DNA of 64,000 nt. Origin: Marsupella aquatica (lineage: Eukaryota > Plantae > Marchantiophyta). Under the pieces are notes generated by a model, which was not told the DNA's origin, did not search any database, and saw only the letters and a program-made list of their open reading frames with translations. The stretch covers positions 18,014,457 to 18,078,456 of the forward strand of contig OZ316897.1 in NCBI GenBank assembly GCA_973895155.1, read 5' to 3'. This document shows positions 13,821 to 26,230 of the stretch, piece by piece (the stretch's first letter is position 1; every line of letters starts with the position of its first letter). The translations under genes and the position numbers were made by a program.

Positions 13821-14435
13821 AGGACCACTTGTCACACCGCATGCACAGACCAGATACCATTGACCTATAGCTTAACACTCTGACTTCAACACAGAGGATA
13901 TTTACTTAAAATTTTGATGTATGAGCAATTTTGGGTCCAGGGTTTAGGGTCAACAGTACATAACTTATATCCTATTATGCCTGCACTAAGCAAAATATCC
14001 TAATTTAAGAGGCTAGCAAACTCGCATAAAAGTCTCTATTGAAAGACTGCTTTCATGACTGCTTTAACCTGGTGAACATTGCAACGTTGAATGAATTAAT
14101 GGGCCATGTGATAATATGCAAAATGATTTATGCCTCACTTATTTGTCTCAGCCACTATCATAACCTATTTAGGATGTATAAATTTCAACCCTTATGACAC
14201 TGCTTCATACCAATCCTCTTCGAAGAATGCCTGTTTTACATGTCACGACTATTGTATGTGATTCAAATGCATGAAATGTTGTTGCAGATCTCCTTTGGTG
14301 AATCATAGCCACAATTAAAATTGAGGTGTTGGTGGAGAAATTGTATTAGGGGATCAGTTTTGTGTGTGGGCTCAACATACCAAAAGTATGTGTGCTCTGC
14401 ATCCTTGTGTGGCCATTCCAATTCATTGCAGTAGC

Positions 14436-14651
14436 AAATGCCTTTGTACCTTAAATGCTAAATATATTTTACTTTCTGTGCAGTCTGCTAAATTATAGAG
14501 TCTATCTAAATGCCTTTGTACCTTAAATGCTAAATATATTTTACTTTCTATGTAGTCTGCTAAATTGTAGAGTCTATCTAAATGCCTTTGTACCTTAAAT
14601 GCTAAATATATTTTACTTTCTATGCAGTCTGCTAAATTGTAGAGTCTATCT
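14436..14651 (+). repeat. 3 x 72-bp tandem repeat immediately upstream of the PHD ORF
   Basis: Unit aaatgcctttgtaccttaaatgctaaatatattttactttct...agagtctatct starts at 14436, 14508 and 14580; followed by a putative acceptor gcgcag|gcATG. Confidence 0.9.
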
Positions 14652-14662
14652 CATGCGCAGGC

Positions 14663-15343
14663 ATGGCACGGCCTAAAATTCAAGCCAAAAAGCGTGTGAT
14701 AGAGGTGAGAAACACAGGTGTACTTGGGGCAGATGCTACTAACTTCTCTGCAAGTCAGATTTTCCAGAAGGCAGCTCATTGTTGTGCCATTTGTGACGAT
14801 GGTGGGGGCCTGGTCATTTGTGAGGGCCCTTGCATGAGGCATTTCCACCTCAACCCGGAGTCTAACCTTGCTGCAGAAAACAACTGTCCAGGGGTGGGCC
14901 TCCCGTCAACACACCAGGGAGACTGGATGTGCACTGATTGTTTGGAGAAGCAGGCTAAGTGTGCACAGTGTGGGAAGTTGGGGTCCTATGAGGGCTCTGT
15001 TGATGCTGCAGCAAATGTTAGGAAATGTCCAGACCGTTTTTGTGTGAGATTTTTCTGTTTTGAGTGTTTGCCTGCTCATGCCACAGCTTGCCCACTTCAT
15101 AGGTGCAAGGCATGTGGTGAGCATGATGATGACTACTGGACTGACATAGTCCACTGTGCTAGGTGTCCCACTATGTGGCACTATCATTGCCTGAAAGATC
15201 ATCAAGCAGAGGGTTATGCTTGTGACAGAGAAATCTATGATCACTCTGCACATGGTGTTGATCGATGGATATTTTATTGTCATCGCCATGCCATTGATCC
15301 TACCTCGCGCACTCCTGTGAGAGATCACATATCTTGGCTATGA
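14663..15343 (+). CDS. Stand-alone EDM2/NSD-type composite PHD-finger protein
   Basis: CAICDDGGGLVICEGPCMRHFH; WMCTDCLEKQAKCAQCGKLGS; CPLHRCKAC...HCARCPTMWHYHCL; and RWIFYCHRHAIDPTSRTPVRDHI, which parallels the EDM2 motif (LIYCxxHEIDxxLxTPVRDH) closing its PHD cassette. Uninterrupted 226-aa ORF. Confidence 0.85.
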   Translation: MARPKIQAKKRVIEVRNTGVLGADATNFSASQIFQKAAHCCAICDDGGGLVICEGPCMRHFHLNPESNLAAENNCPGVGLPSTHQGDWMCTDCLEKQAKCAQCGKLGSYEGSVDAAANVRKCPDRFCVRFFCFECLPAHATACPLHRCKACGEHDDDYWTDIVHCARCPTMWHYHCLKDHQAEGYACDREIYDHSAHGVDRWIFYCHRHAIDPTSRTPVRDHISWL

Positions 15344-15935
15344 AGCTGAACATTGTACATGCACAGTGCACCTGATGTGGATGTACTATTTTTTGAGATT
15401 GCAGAGATTTCAATTTTGAAAAGGAGTTGGGTAGGCGAGTTTATATAGGCAGCACTTATCTTGTGCTCTGGCGTCAGTGGCTGGGTACATGCCTATACAA
15501 ACTTATCCTTACAAGCCTTCTTGGAAGTATTTAGGCTGAGTGGTCATTTTCATAAACACTTTCATCAGACTGCTAAATTAAAACAGGACTTCTAAGTTGT
15601 AAGCGTATAAATTATCAGGCATGCAATTAATCAAATTGCCCTATAAGTTTGTCATTGAATGTATCCTCCTTTACAACAAAATATGTATGTGCCATGACAA
15701 GTTGGTTGCACTTCATTTCACCACGGATATGGATTTTGTAGTATATATTCAAACAATGTCCTGCATCCGTGCAGGTGCCTAGTACGTATTGTTCACATAT
15801 CCCTTGTACCTATCAAAATCGGACCTGAGCACCAGTGGGCCAGATCAACTCAAAAAGCAGGAATTTTGTTGTCCTTGTATTGTCAGGTGAACCCATTCTT
15901 CCAAAATTCACTGTCATCACGTAGAGTGTGTGTAC

Positions 15936-16808
15936 ATGGAGCCTGGTAAACGTAGAAAGTGTGACCACTCAGCAGTGTTTACAGGGGTCAGAGCGATTTT
16001 GGTCCATGGCCAGCATGGGTTGACCAAAGTGCATTGGCCAACTGTACAGAAACGATTCTCTGAGCTCCATGGCACTGTAGTTCAGGACATCACTCCAGAG
16101 ACTACACATGTTGTTGCAGGGACATGGCTATCAGTGATAAAGAAGTGGTCATGGTCCTACATGAATTCTGCAATTACTAAGCAAGGCCTAAAAGTAGTTG
16201 AGGCCTCTTGGATCACAGATTCCATAGCACATAAGATTGTACAGGATACTGAGCAATATGAGTTGTGGGAGGATGAAGAAGCTACTGCATCAGCTTGGGC
16301 TGAACAAGAAGTCTGGGAAGCAAAGGCACGGCTTGCTGATCTCCAATATGGACCTGTACTCAACAAAGGACAGAGCTCTACAAGGCTGAAGAGTATGTTG
16401 GCTGAGGAGACGAAGCAACCAACCCCCATTCTGAAAGGGCTGAGCATGGTATTTGTGGAGGCGGGAATTGGAGAGGTTAAGTGCAAAGTGTACAAGTCCA
16501 CAGTGCTTGACCTAGGTGGGACAGTGGAGGAGAATATAACAGAGGACACCACTCATGTCATTACTAAGTCATATCCCAAAGCCTGCCGCAAGTTTGGGAA
16601 GGGAGACATTCGCTTTTATGTCATGTCCCATAATGTGTTTGTGGTTTCATATGCTTGGCTTGTGGAATCAGTAGCAGCTGGGAAGCGTCAAAACCCAATG
16701 GACTATGATCTTTTTGAGGCCTGGCCACGGAAGGGTCAGGATCCTTACAGAGAGGACTATGAGACAACAAGTGAGGAATGGGTCATTAGCGATTCTGAAT
16801 CAGAGTGA
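15936..16808 (+). CDS. Tandem BRCT-domain protein resembling the DNA polymerase lambda BRCT
   Basis: Two repeats: FTGVRAILV...LHGTVVQDITPETTHVV...VVEASWITDSI...YEL and LKGLSMVFVEAGI...LGGTVEENITEDTTHVI...VVSYAWLVESVAAGKRQNPMDYDL. Both show BRCT GG/THV/WxxxS-type signatures; no polymerase domain. Confidence 0.82.
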   Translation: MEPGKRRKCDHSAVFTGVRAILVHGQHGLTKVHWPTVQKRFSELHGTVVQDITPETTHVVAGTWLSVIKKWSWSYMNSAITKQGLKVVEASWITDSIAHKIVQDTEQYELWEDEEATASAWAEQEVWEAKARLADLQYGPVLNKGQSSTRLKSMLAEETKQPTPILKGLSMVFVEAGIGEVKCKVYKSTVLDLGGTVEENITEDTTHVITKSYPKACRKFGKGDIRFYVMSHNVFVVSYAWLVESVAAGKRQNPMDYDLFEAWPRKGQDPYREDYETTSEEWVISDSESE

Positions 16809-17241
16809 GGAGTAGTAGCATCAGTTTGGACACAAGTTTTTTTGTATAAATCAGATCATTGAAATAAATGTGATCTTTGAACTAATGTACCTTGTTATGG
16901 TTGGTGGCAGTTGGGCTTATTTTACTGTTGGCGGATTGTTGTTTCCTGCTGCCTGGGGGTGTCACTGTAAACGTACATGCAGAGGCGGTACATTTGAGGA
17001 CAGCGGAGGAGGTGGTGACACCCTCCAACATTTAGGAATTTTGTGTCATTCACTTGACAATAGGTACACTACTTGCGAACCTGTTTTTTTCTTTTGGGGT
17101 GGTTTAGGGTTTGTGAGAATTTAGTACACGTTATGTTAACTCTTTTGGCAGATACAGTCAGGGATATATGGAACACAAATACCACCATTAGGCATCCTTG
17201 TTCACTGCTGTCCATGACTGCAGAGCTCCCAGCCTGTTACA

Positions 17242-20200
17242 ATGCACCCTGGTCACCACCCTCCCCAGACCCAACCCAGGGCACAGGCACTGCCTTTGCA
17301 TCATCCCACAAGGATATCACGCCATGATAATAAGCTTTGGCAGCGTGAAAGGTTACGAACCAGACTTTCAGGAGCCAGTAGGATGAGATGTCCTTGTGCA
17401 ATCTGCCAAGGATCCCGTACCAGGGGTCTGAATGAGGTTTGGCGGCATATCGCGGTTCATGGAAGAGATCCACGACATCGAGTTTGGAATGATCCTGCAG
17501 AGGAAGATTCTTCCGACGAGGAGTGGAGGTTAGAATTTGATGCTGCCAATGCTGCAAGACGGGCAAGTGAGGTTCTGCCTGGTGCATTTGAAAATGTTGT
17601 AGCTGGTCTCTGTGGGTTGTCAGCTCTCCAACGGGATGGTGCTCAGGCAGCACCACGTGACGAAGGAATTCATGTGGAAGAGATGGTGAGAGACATCTTC
17701 CAAGACTTGGATGCATTTCATGATGGGCTGGACAATGAAGAGGATACGGCTGCAGATGCAAGTGTGCCCCCTGTCGAAGAGCCTCTTGATGAGTTTGAGA
17801 TAGGGCAGGAAACCCCTGGGCATGATGGGATGTTTGGCTCTCCCCTGCAAATACAGGAAGGCAAGAAGTCTTTGTACCCCGGTAGCAAATGTTCTAAACT
17901 GGGATTTGTCATCATGTTCCTGAACATTTGCGGCAACCACAATGTCCCCAACGTTTTGGTTTCTGAGTTGTTGGCATTCTTGCGAACAACTGTGCTACCA
18001 GATGGTAATATTTTGCCCAAGAACATGTACGAGGCAAAAAGATGCATATCTAATCTTGGATTGAACTATGATTCGATCCATGCCTGTCCTGATGGGCATG
18101 TTCTTTTCAGAAAGGAGTATAAAGAATCGTTGACATGCCCTAAGTGTGGGAAGCACAGGTATCGGAACTCAGGAAAGTCTATGGTTCCCGCCAAGGTACT
18201 TCGTCATTTTCCACTCATTCCCAGACTTCAGCGGATGTTCAGAAGCCGTGCCATCTCGGAGATGATGACTTGGGCAACTGACAAGAAAAGTGATGATGGG
18301 CTACAACGACATGCTGTAGATTCAAGGCAATGGAAACTCATAGATGAGATGTATCCCGAATTTGCTGCTGAGCCGAGGAATGTCAGACTTGGGCTGTCAT
18401 TGGATGGGGTAAACCCATTTGGAGACAAGAACAACAAATTTTCGTGCTGGCCTGTAACTATTTTGAATTATAACCTTCCTCCTTGGATGACTACAAAGCG
18501 ATTTTTTGTTCTGATGGTCCTACTGATACCAGGGCCAGACAGTGCTGTATCTGCCAACATAGATGTGTTTCTGGCTCCCCTAGTGGAGGAATTGAGAAAG
18601 CTTTGGGAGGAAGGAGTTCTCACATATGATGTCCTACAGAGGCTTGGGAGGTTAAACCCATTCATCCTTAGAGCCATTGTCATTCTGACTATAGCTGACT
18701 ACCCAGCCCATGGGATGATATCAGGCCAAACAACAAAAGGATATTGTGCTTGTACTATCTGTGGGCGCAATGTCACCAGTGAGTACTCCAGAGCCCTGCA
18801 GAAAGTGATATACATGGGCCATCGTCGTTTTCTGAAGGCAGATCACCCTTACAGAGAAAGACAGGCACTGATTGCACACTTTGGCAATGAGATTGAGCAA
18901 CGTGGACCCCCGGCACGAGTGACCAAAGAGGAGATCAGGCAGTGGGGAGCACTGAGGGATGACTATATCAAACGAGGGGGCAGGGAAGATGGAGTGAGTG
19001 ATCCAATAAAGCGATATGGTGTAAAAAGACTGAGCATATTGGACTTGGAGCTCAAGTACTGGAGGGTAAGCCTCTTGGAGTTGATGCTAATTGGGATACA
19101 TGTTTTGGTTCAGAGCATGTGCATTCATTTCGAAGAGAGAGACTAAACTTGAGGCATTTCCTGACGCTTTTGCATTGCAACGATGCAGGAGTTTGAGCCA
19201 AGCAAACATAACATTGATGTTATGCACATTGAAAAGAATATTTGTGAGAGTCTACTCAGATTCTTGTGTGGAGAGAAAGACACTGGTTCAGTGAGATTGG
19301 ATCTTGAACAGAGGGGAATGAAACCCCATCTTTGGTTGAGGCCACATGCCCACAGAGCTGATGTGCTCTTGAAGTACCAAGCGCCCTATGTTCTGACAGA
19401 CACAGAGTGGGAACTATTTGTGCAGAGGTTGAGTTCTTTGAAGGTTCCTTCAAACTATGGCAGTGCTTTCAAGAAGCATATCATGACTAGAAAGCTTGGT
19501 AGTATGAAAAGCCATGACTACCATATGTTGATGCAATAGGTGTTGCCTTTATGCCTGAGGGGCCTGTTGTAGAAGCCTGTTCGTACTGTGATCATGCGAC
19601 TCAGTGATGTGTTTCGTCGTATTTGTGTGAAGGTTTGGGATGAAACACACTTCCCACAACTGACAGAAGATGTCGCTCAGGTGCTGTGTGACCTGGAGAT
19701 TTATTTTCCTCCCACATTTTTTGATGTCATGACCCACCTACTTGTCCATGTTGTGGAAGAGCTACACCAATTTGGGCCTGTGAGTGCTTGGTTGTACCCT
19801 TTGGAACGGTACATGAAGCTACTCAAAGGTCACGTGAGAACATATTACAAACCTGAAGCAAGCATGGCTAAAGGTTACATCAAGGATGAGACTCTGGGAT
19901 TTCTGACCGAATACATAGCACAATATGAGCATGTGAAGACCAGGGTGTGGAATTCTGATGAGGAGGAAGGGGTGATAGGTGAAGTACTGGAAGGGGCTGC
20001 AACCACAAAGAACCTGACCATATCTATGAGAGACTTGGCACATGACTTTGTATTGCACAACACTGTGGTGATGGAACCCTGGATACAGTGAGTGCATACA
20101 TGTGCTATAATCCAGTTCATGAGCTTAAATGTTGTGTTCGTGTGGTTTTCTCCTTCAGCCTGTTCATGTTTACCCAAGCTAATGCTGTGTGGTTGTTCGT

Positions 20201-20970
20201 TCAGGGAGTATGAGTCATTGAAGGCGGCCCATCCCACTGCAGGAACAACTTTTCCAGGTTTCATGGAGTGGATCAGAGTGGCAATTAGAGAGCATCACGA
20301 GACCCACCCAGACATGGATGCAGATGTTTACCTACTGTCTAATGCCCCTAGCCTGAAAGTGAAGACTTACAAACGGATGAGAGCATATGGGAATCACTTC
20401 CGAGTGAAGGATGGTGACAGTGCCTACAGGGTGATGAATGACTGCGGGCTCATCACTGTATTTGAGCAACAGAGCCACAATCATGACAGGGCCTGGATGG
20501 AGATGGGATATGTGGGAGAATTAGTTGACATATGGGCTCTGGACTATGGGGCGGTGTCCAGTCCTGTGATTCTTATGAAAGGTTCATGGGTGCGGCAGGA
20601 TTGGCTTGGTAACAGGGCTACCATGAAGAGAGACAACGACGGTTTCTTGCTGGCCAATTTCAGAGGGAAATTGCCCGAATGGTCTGAGCCATTTGTGTTT
20701 CCTAGTCAGGTGGAGCAAGCTTTCTTCTTGGATGTGGAAGACTCCCCAGGTTGGCGTGTAGTGTGTCATAAACAGGCCAGGCAACGTCGGATGGAAGGAT
20801 CAAACCTTGAGTTTCATTTACACTCTCATAGTGCCTTTGATCGTTGGCGTTCAGACCAAGTGCCTGTAGTTCATGATAGCGGGGACTTCATTCCTGTGAC
20901 AAGGGTAGATGCATTTGCTGAAGGAGGCGAATTCAGAGATGCAAATGCCAACAGTGTGCCTGTGCCATGA
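17242..20970 (+). pseudogene. CACTA TnpD/Tnp2 transposase, 3 exons, with nonsense lesions
   Basis: MRCPCAIC; YDSIHACPDGHVLFRKEY; LRHFPLIPRLQRMF; RNVRLGLSLDGVNPFG; DYPAHG...KGYCAC; DVMHIEKNICE; MKSHDYH; FPPTFFDVMTHL; EPFVFPSQVEQAFF. Predicted introns ~19067-19188 and ~20088-20204; in-frame TAG at 19537 and ~19570. Confidence 0.92.
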
Positions 20971-21126
20971 GTAATGTGAATTGTTTGCATGGACATTAGT
21001 GAGGGGAAGGATGTGTAATAAAGTAATTCTGAAGCAACACAGATGTATGGATGGATGCCTGGTGATTGTGGTTGCATTGTGTTATACGGGGTGACCATAG
21101 ATGACATGTTTTTGTGGTCCAGTAGG

Positions 21127-24100
21127 ATGGAACAGAGTGACACAGAGATGTGTGAGTATGAAAGGAAAGCTATGGAACAACGAGCATACGTGAAAGCCAA
21201 AATCGCAGAACTGGATCTGGAAAAGGATGTGGCTGAATTGTAAGGGAACGATTCTCAACTACACCCCTCCGCTGAGTTTGTGTGACATGAATAGTTCAAT
21301 GTGGCACTGAAATTGTGACTGTATTCTCATATTGGAATGTCGCAGAGCCACAACATTTTCAAAGAAACAAAAGGAGTACACAAGAAGGGTGACCAACACT
21401 ATCTCTGGGCCTGTGCGTCGGAGTGACAGGTTGAGCAAGAAGGTCGTACCTACAATGGCAGAATGTGGAGATGACATTGATGCTGCACAGGTGGGTGCAG
21501 ACACTAGACAAGAAGATGCAGATGATGAGTATTTTCCAAAGGAAATGGATGAGGATGGGGGTTATGAAGATGAATACATTGCAGAGCAGCCCCAAAAGAA
21601 ACATGTAAGTAGTTTTCCCAACAAGGTTTTGAGTTAAAAACTCTTGTTTAGAGGTTTCATATGTTCAGTACTACACATATGTACCTTGCTTAGTTCCTGA
21701 CATTGTAGTTGGTGATGTGATGCAGCGTCCTGCCAGTTCTATTTTGCCTTCGAAGCCTGTGCATGCACCATACCAGCAGGGGGGCTGACCTCTGATCAAG
21801 GTTGGCGAGGTGGTAGTAGTGGTAGATCCCAGGCTGGTGCCCAATACTATGGCAGGGGGCAAGCTCTAGGTTATGCCCGTGGTAGAGGCAGAGCAGGTCC
21901 AAACCCACAATCTCGTGGGTATGGACGTCCACCTCAACCATGGGGATGTGAGTATATATCTATATGCCAGTTCTTTGTGAAGGCATGGCACTCCTGAATT
22001 TCAGACTGCATATCAATTTTTGACATTGTTTGGGATGTATTGGGTTCAGACAACATGAAATTCTGTCCACCTGCCATTGCATGCAGATTCTGCCCAACCT
22101 GATTGGGCAAATGCTAGTAATGATCAGTTCCAATGTCCACAAGGACAGACATGGGTTGAACCAGGTTGGGAGGATGGTGGTGGGTCGTGGAATGAACAAG
22201 GTTGGGAAGGTGGTGAAGGTAATTGGCAGGGATATCAAAATTCAGTACCTACAAACGCTGGAAGAGGAGCAGGTAATGTCTGATCTTGTCAGCAATGGAA
22301 GAACTCATTATATGTGGAGTCCATTCACGTGGGGGGGACTCTGCACATGTATAATGATAGAAAATGTATGTGTGCAGGTTGGACAGTCGAACCATCGACT
22401 CAAGTATTCACTAATGCCCCTATGCAGATGCAGCACGGAAGGGGGACAGGTATGTCGGTGAATGTTCAGTTGTTTTCCTACAGTTTGTACTTAGTTTTCA
22501 GTACATATGTTTGCACACACATACCTAGAAAGTGACATCATCCGGCCCCTGTACTAGGCTGGACAGGTGGTCCAGGGTCGCAACAATTTCAGAGTGCAGT
22601 CCCTGCACAGGCATCTACAGGCAGAGCTATAGGTATGTATGTTTGAAGAATTTTTCTTGAAGTGAAGCATTGAATGTTGCCGTCATCCATTCTGCTATAT
22701 GTAGTTCTCAAGCATGAATGGCATTGTATTTTCCCAGGTGGCTTCAGAACCCCAGGTAGGGTGAATGAAGGGGTGGCCAATACAACGCCCAGTACTACCG
22801 AGAGCAGTGCACGAGGGGAGGTGACAAAGAAAGGGAACGTAAAGTTGAATGAGAGATAATGGGTGGATGCTGAGTGTCCTCGCAAGAACCAATGGCATGC
22901 TGATTTGAAAGCTGAAGTATTGCGTTGGTTAGATGTGAGTGTTATTAATTTTAAAAAACAGCATCCAAAAGATTGGAAGACTGTATGTGAAAATGTTGCT
23001 GCCAAATGGAATTATGTGGGCAGTGATGATGGCGTGGACATAGGTTGCCTAGAGAGTACAGCAGGTAAAATTATCAAGCAAGAGAGGTGGAGAATGCATA
23101 AGGCTTGGAAGGAAGGTGGGGAGAAGCCAGATATGCCTCCACCAGCCAGTTGTGATGATAAAGTGTGGGCAAGGTTAGTAGCTTCAAAAAAGAAGAGTTC
23201 ACAGATGACTGAGGCCAGGTTGAGTGTTCAGAACCCTAATCTGACAGGAAGGACCGGCACTGCACCGACAGCTAAACGTTTGGTAAGAATGAATGGCCTA
23301 GCTATGTAATTTATGCTACACTATGTACTATTTTTTAGTGTAAACCCATACATGTAAACTTTGTTTTTTAGTGTACGTTCCTTGAATATTGATCGATAAC
23401 TTGTGTTTGCCATGCATGTGCAGAAAGCCCAATTGGGGCAAAGCCCTTCAAAAGAAGAGTTGAGGGCTGAAATTGTGAACACCCGGGCTCAAGAGGGTGC
23501 ATCTGAATCCTCCAAGCATGTAAGTTATATGAGTTCTGATTGGTAATTGAATGACCTGCGTTGAATTTCAGGTGTACACTGTATATAACATTGATTGTGC
23601 ATATATTGCCCAACATTTCATATGGAGTGATTGAACCTATACCCCTGTGTCATGTAGGGAGGTGGATCTTCACTTACAGAGATAAGTGGTCGTTTGAAGG
23701 CTGTCGAAACATGTCTTCCAAAGATCAATGAACGTTTGAATTCATTGACTGACTTGTTCCATGTGAACTTCAAGACATTAATGGAAGCTGTTGTGTCGGT
23801 GAGAGATAAAATTGATTCCAATTCTGCAGGAGTTCCACCATCACCACTTGAGGTGGCAAAGTCGATGCACTCTTCTGGCATGCCAACGACATGTAGGCTT
23901 GAAGGTAAGGCCTTTACAACTGTGTGGGATATGATTATTAAATGTATAGTTTGAATTGACATTGTTTGTTGAATGTGTTATTTTCAATAACATATATTGT
24001 GGTTGTTGTGTCCATAGAGAATAAGACAGGTGCTACAGAGAAGAAGTATGAGAACCTGGCAAATACTCGCTATAATTTAGAGGCAACAAAGTTGCAGTCT

Positions 24101-24814
24101 GTACAAGCAACTTGTTTGACAGAGGGCAGTCAACCATGTTTGGATGAGGATGACATTGGCAAGGGAGTGGATGATATCAATGTTGGGGCAAATGAGGATA
24201 TCAGCAAGCATGACAATGATACCATTGAGCCAGATTCATGCTATGTAGATCTTGACTCCATTGCAGAGATAAATGATTTGCAGAATGTATCATTCTCAAT
24301 GACAGGTGTGCCTCTTGTTGAGATAAATCCAACCAAAGAGTTAGTTGGTATGACACTCCCAGGTGATGAACCTGCTACTGTGACAGTCCTAACAGAGGAA
24401 CCTACTGAGCCTAGCTTCACTACTGTGAAGAGAGGAAGCATGCGCACACGAAGCAAGTCTGCTGGTGGGAGCAGAGCCACGTCAAAGGTTTCATACAAAC
24501 CTCCAAGAACAGTGCTGGCAAAAAGATCTAAGGTGGAAGTGGGGAAAGCACCTAATGCTGAGGGACAAAGTGGCTTGTTAGCTGTTGATGAGAGTGGAAC
24601 ACGAGTAGGATTTGCCAGAGTGCAGGTTGGTTCCACAACGTTCCATGGCAAGAGGATTCCCCCAGGTTATTCAGTAGTGTTAGTCACATTACTAGTGAAA
24701 CCTAAAGCTGTCCTTCCCATTCCAAACACAAATGATGATCCTCCTCAAAAGACACTTGGAGATGCTGCAGGTTCTTTGGTATTATGGCCAAGCAAGTTCA
24801 TAGAGGATCCATAA
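21127..24814 (+). CDS. CACTA TnpA-like multi-exon accessory gene with a C-terminal DUF8039/Tnp1-like domain
   Basis: Series of short GT-AG exons downstream of TnpD; last exon ends VGFARVQVGSTTFHGKRIPPGYSVVLV...LPIPN..DDPPQKTLGDAAGSLVLWPSKFI, typical of CACTA ORF2 products. Confidence 0.65.
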
Positions 24815-25353
24815 CAATGTCATGCCATTATTTGTTTGTAGTGTGAGTCATGTTATGTAGATTTTAGATGTCAAGAAGCAGTACAAGAATCATGTCCTCT
24901 TGGAGATTCATAGTATCATGCATGTGCTTTCAGTTATCTCATCCTACAGTCATCAATTATGAGTTCCTGTTTTGTCTAAATTACATTGATCACATTGTAA
25001 ACTATTCCATTGGAATTCAAATGATCTTCATTTTTTAGCAAGATTGTGATTGTGTTTAATTCTTATGAATGTTTTATGTAGGATCTGCTTATATGATGCT
25101 TTGTTTCATGTGGATGTCATTCATGCTATGTTCATTTCTTGTATTCAATGTGTTATATTTCTAAAGTTAGAACATCAGGTTTCTATGTATTGTAATGTCG
25201 AGTGCTCTCTCTCCTTATGAACTGTCCCTCTGTGTTCATTAGTCATGGTTATAACTTGCATGTGAACCTTATTAGTTATAAACATGAGTATATAGAGTCC
25301 CAAATGGTTTTGTTGTGTGACGCGGGCCAGGGTCTCCATTGGTCTCTCCTGTG

Positions 25354-25640
25354 ACACTAAATAGTCACACGCTAGTCGTTGTTGAATGCGGGTAAGTCAT
25401 GTATGTGACTTACGATGTGACTCGCTGAAGTCATATTGCAGTCACGTCGAAACAAGGCTAGACTCCACAATAAAGTCACAGATCAGTCACAAATGGGTAT
25501 CAAGCAAGTTGCAAAGCCCAGTATCAATAGTGACTTCCATTTTTTGGTCTCAACTTTTGCAACTCCAAGGGTCACAGCGTGGGTCAAGTCACGTTGAGTC
25601 ACAATGAAGTCACATGAGCCAAAATGAGTCATATATTGCG
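25354..25640. repeat. CACTA subterminal repeats (AGTCAC/GTGACT)
   Basis: Dense cluster of agtcac/gtgact/agtcat hexamers just inside the right TIR; matching tgact copies at ~7400-7500. Confidence 0.7.
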
Positions 25641-25669
25641 GTCTCAGTTCACCTCAGATTCTTCTAGTG

Positions 25670-26230
25670 ATATCCTCCAACAAGAATTGGGAGGGAGTAA
25701 CCTTGCACCAGTTACCCCGGCTCAACCCAGTGCAGAAGATATTTTGAGAGAGCGTCAAAGATTGGAGCAAATACAAAGTTTGCCAAAGGCACGACAACCT
25801 TTGGATCCTTCGATGGGTCGACACATTTTGGGACGGATGAACATTGAGTGTTCATGTTGTAAAGCTCTTCATTGGATTGAAGAGTGCAAGTCCGGAACAC
25901 AACGCCATCCGTGCTTCACGATGTGTTGTGCCGATGGGAAGGTGGATTTGCCTCCAATTGGTGCTCCTCCAGAGCCTTTGCGGAGTTTGTTGACTGGAAG
26001 TAACGTTGCGGCTACAACCTTTCGGAAGAATATTAGAGGGTACAATAATGCCTTGGCTTTTACATCAATAGGTGTTAAAATTGATGAAAGGGGGGGCAAC
26101 CAGGGTCCGTATTCATTTCGCATACAAGGAGCTTTATATCATCGGGCCGACAGCCTCTTGCCGCCTGATGGAGAGGGTCCCAAGTTTGCTCAACTCTATA
26201 TTCATGACACGGGGAATGAGTTGGGCAACA
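25670..26230 (+). pseudogene. Helitron RepHel piece 2 (zinc-finger-like region)
   Basis: LGRMNIECSCCKALHWIEE...CCADGKVDLPP...FRKNIRGYNNALAFTSIG...FRIQGALYH...PKFAQLYIHD, then a putative GT donor at ~26231. Confidence 0.9.

Larger units (their letters stand above)
7365..25669 (+). mobile_element. Large CACTA (En/Spm) DNA transposon with cargo genes
   Basis: TIRs CACTAGAAGAA...TTCTTCTAGTG (11 bp perfect, ~30 bp imperfect), flanked by ATAT on both sides. GTGACT/AGTCAC subterminal repeats; TnpD and TnpA-like genes inside. Confidence 0.92.
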
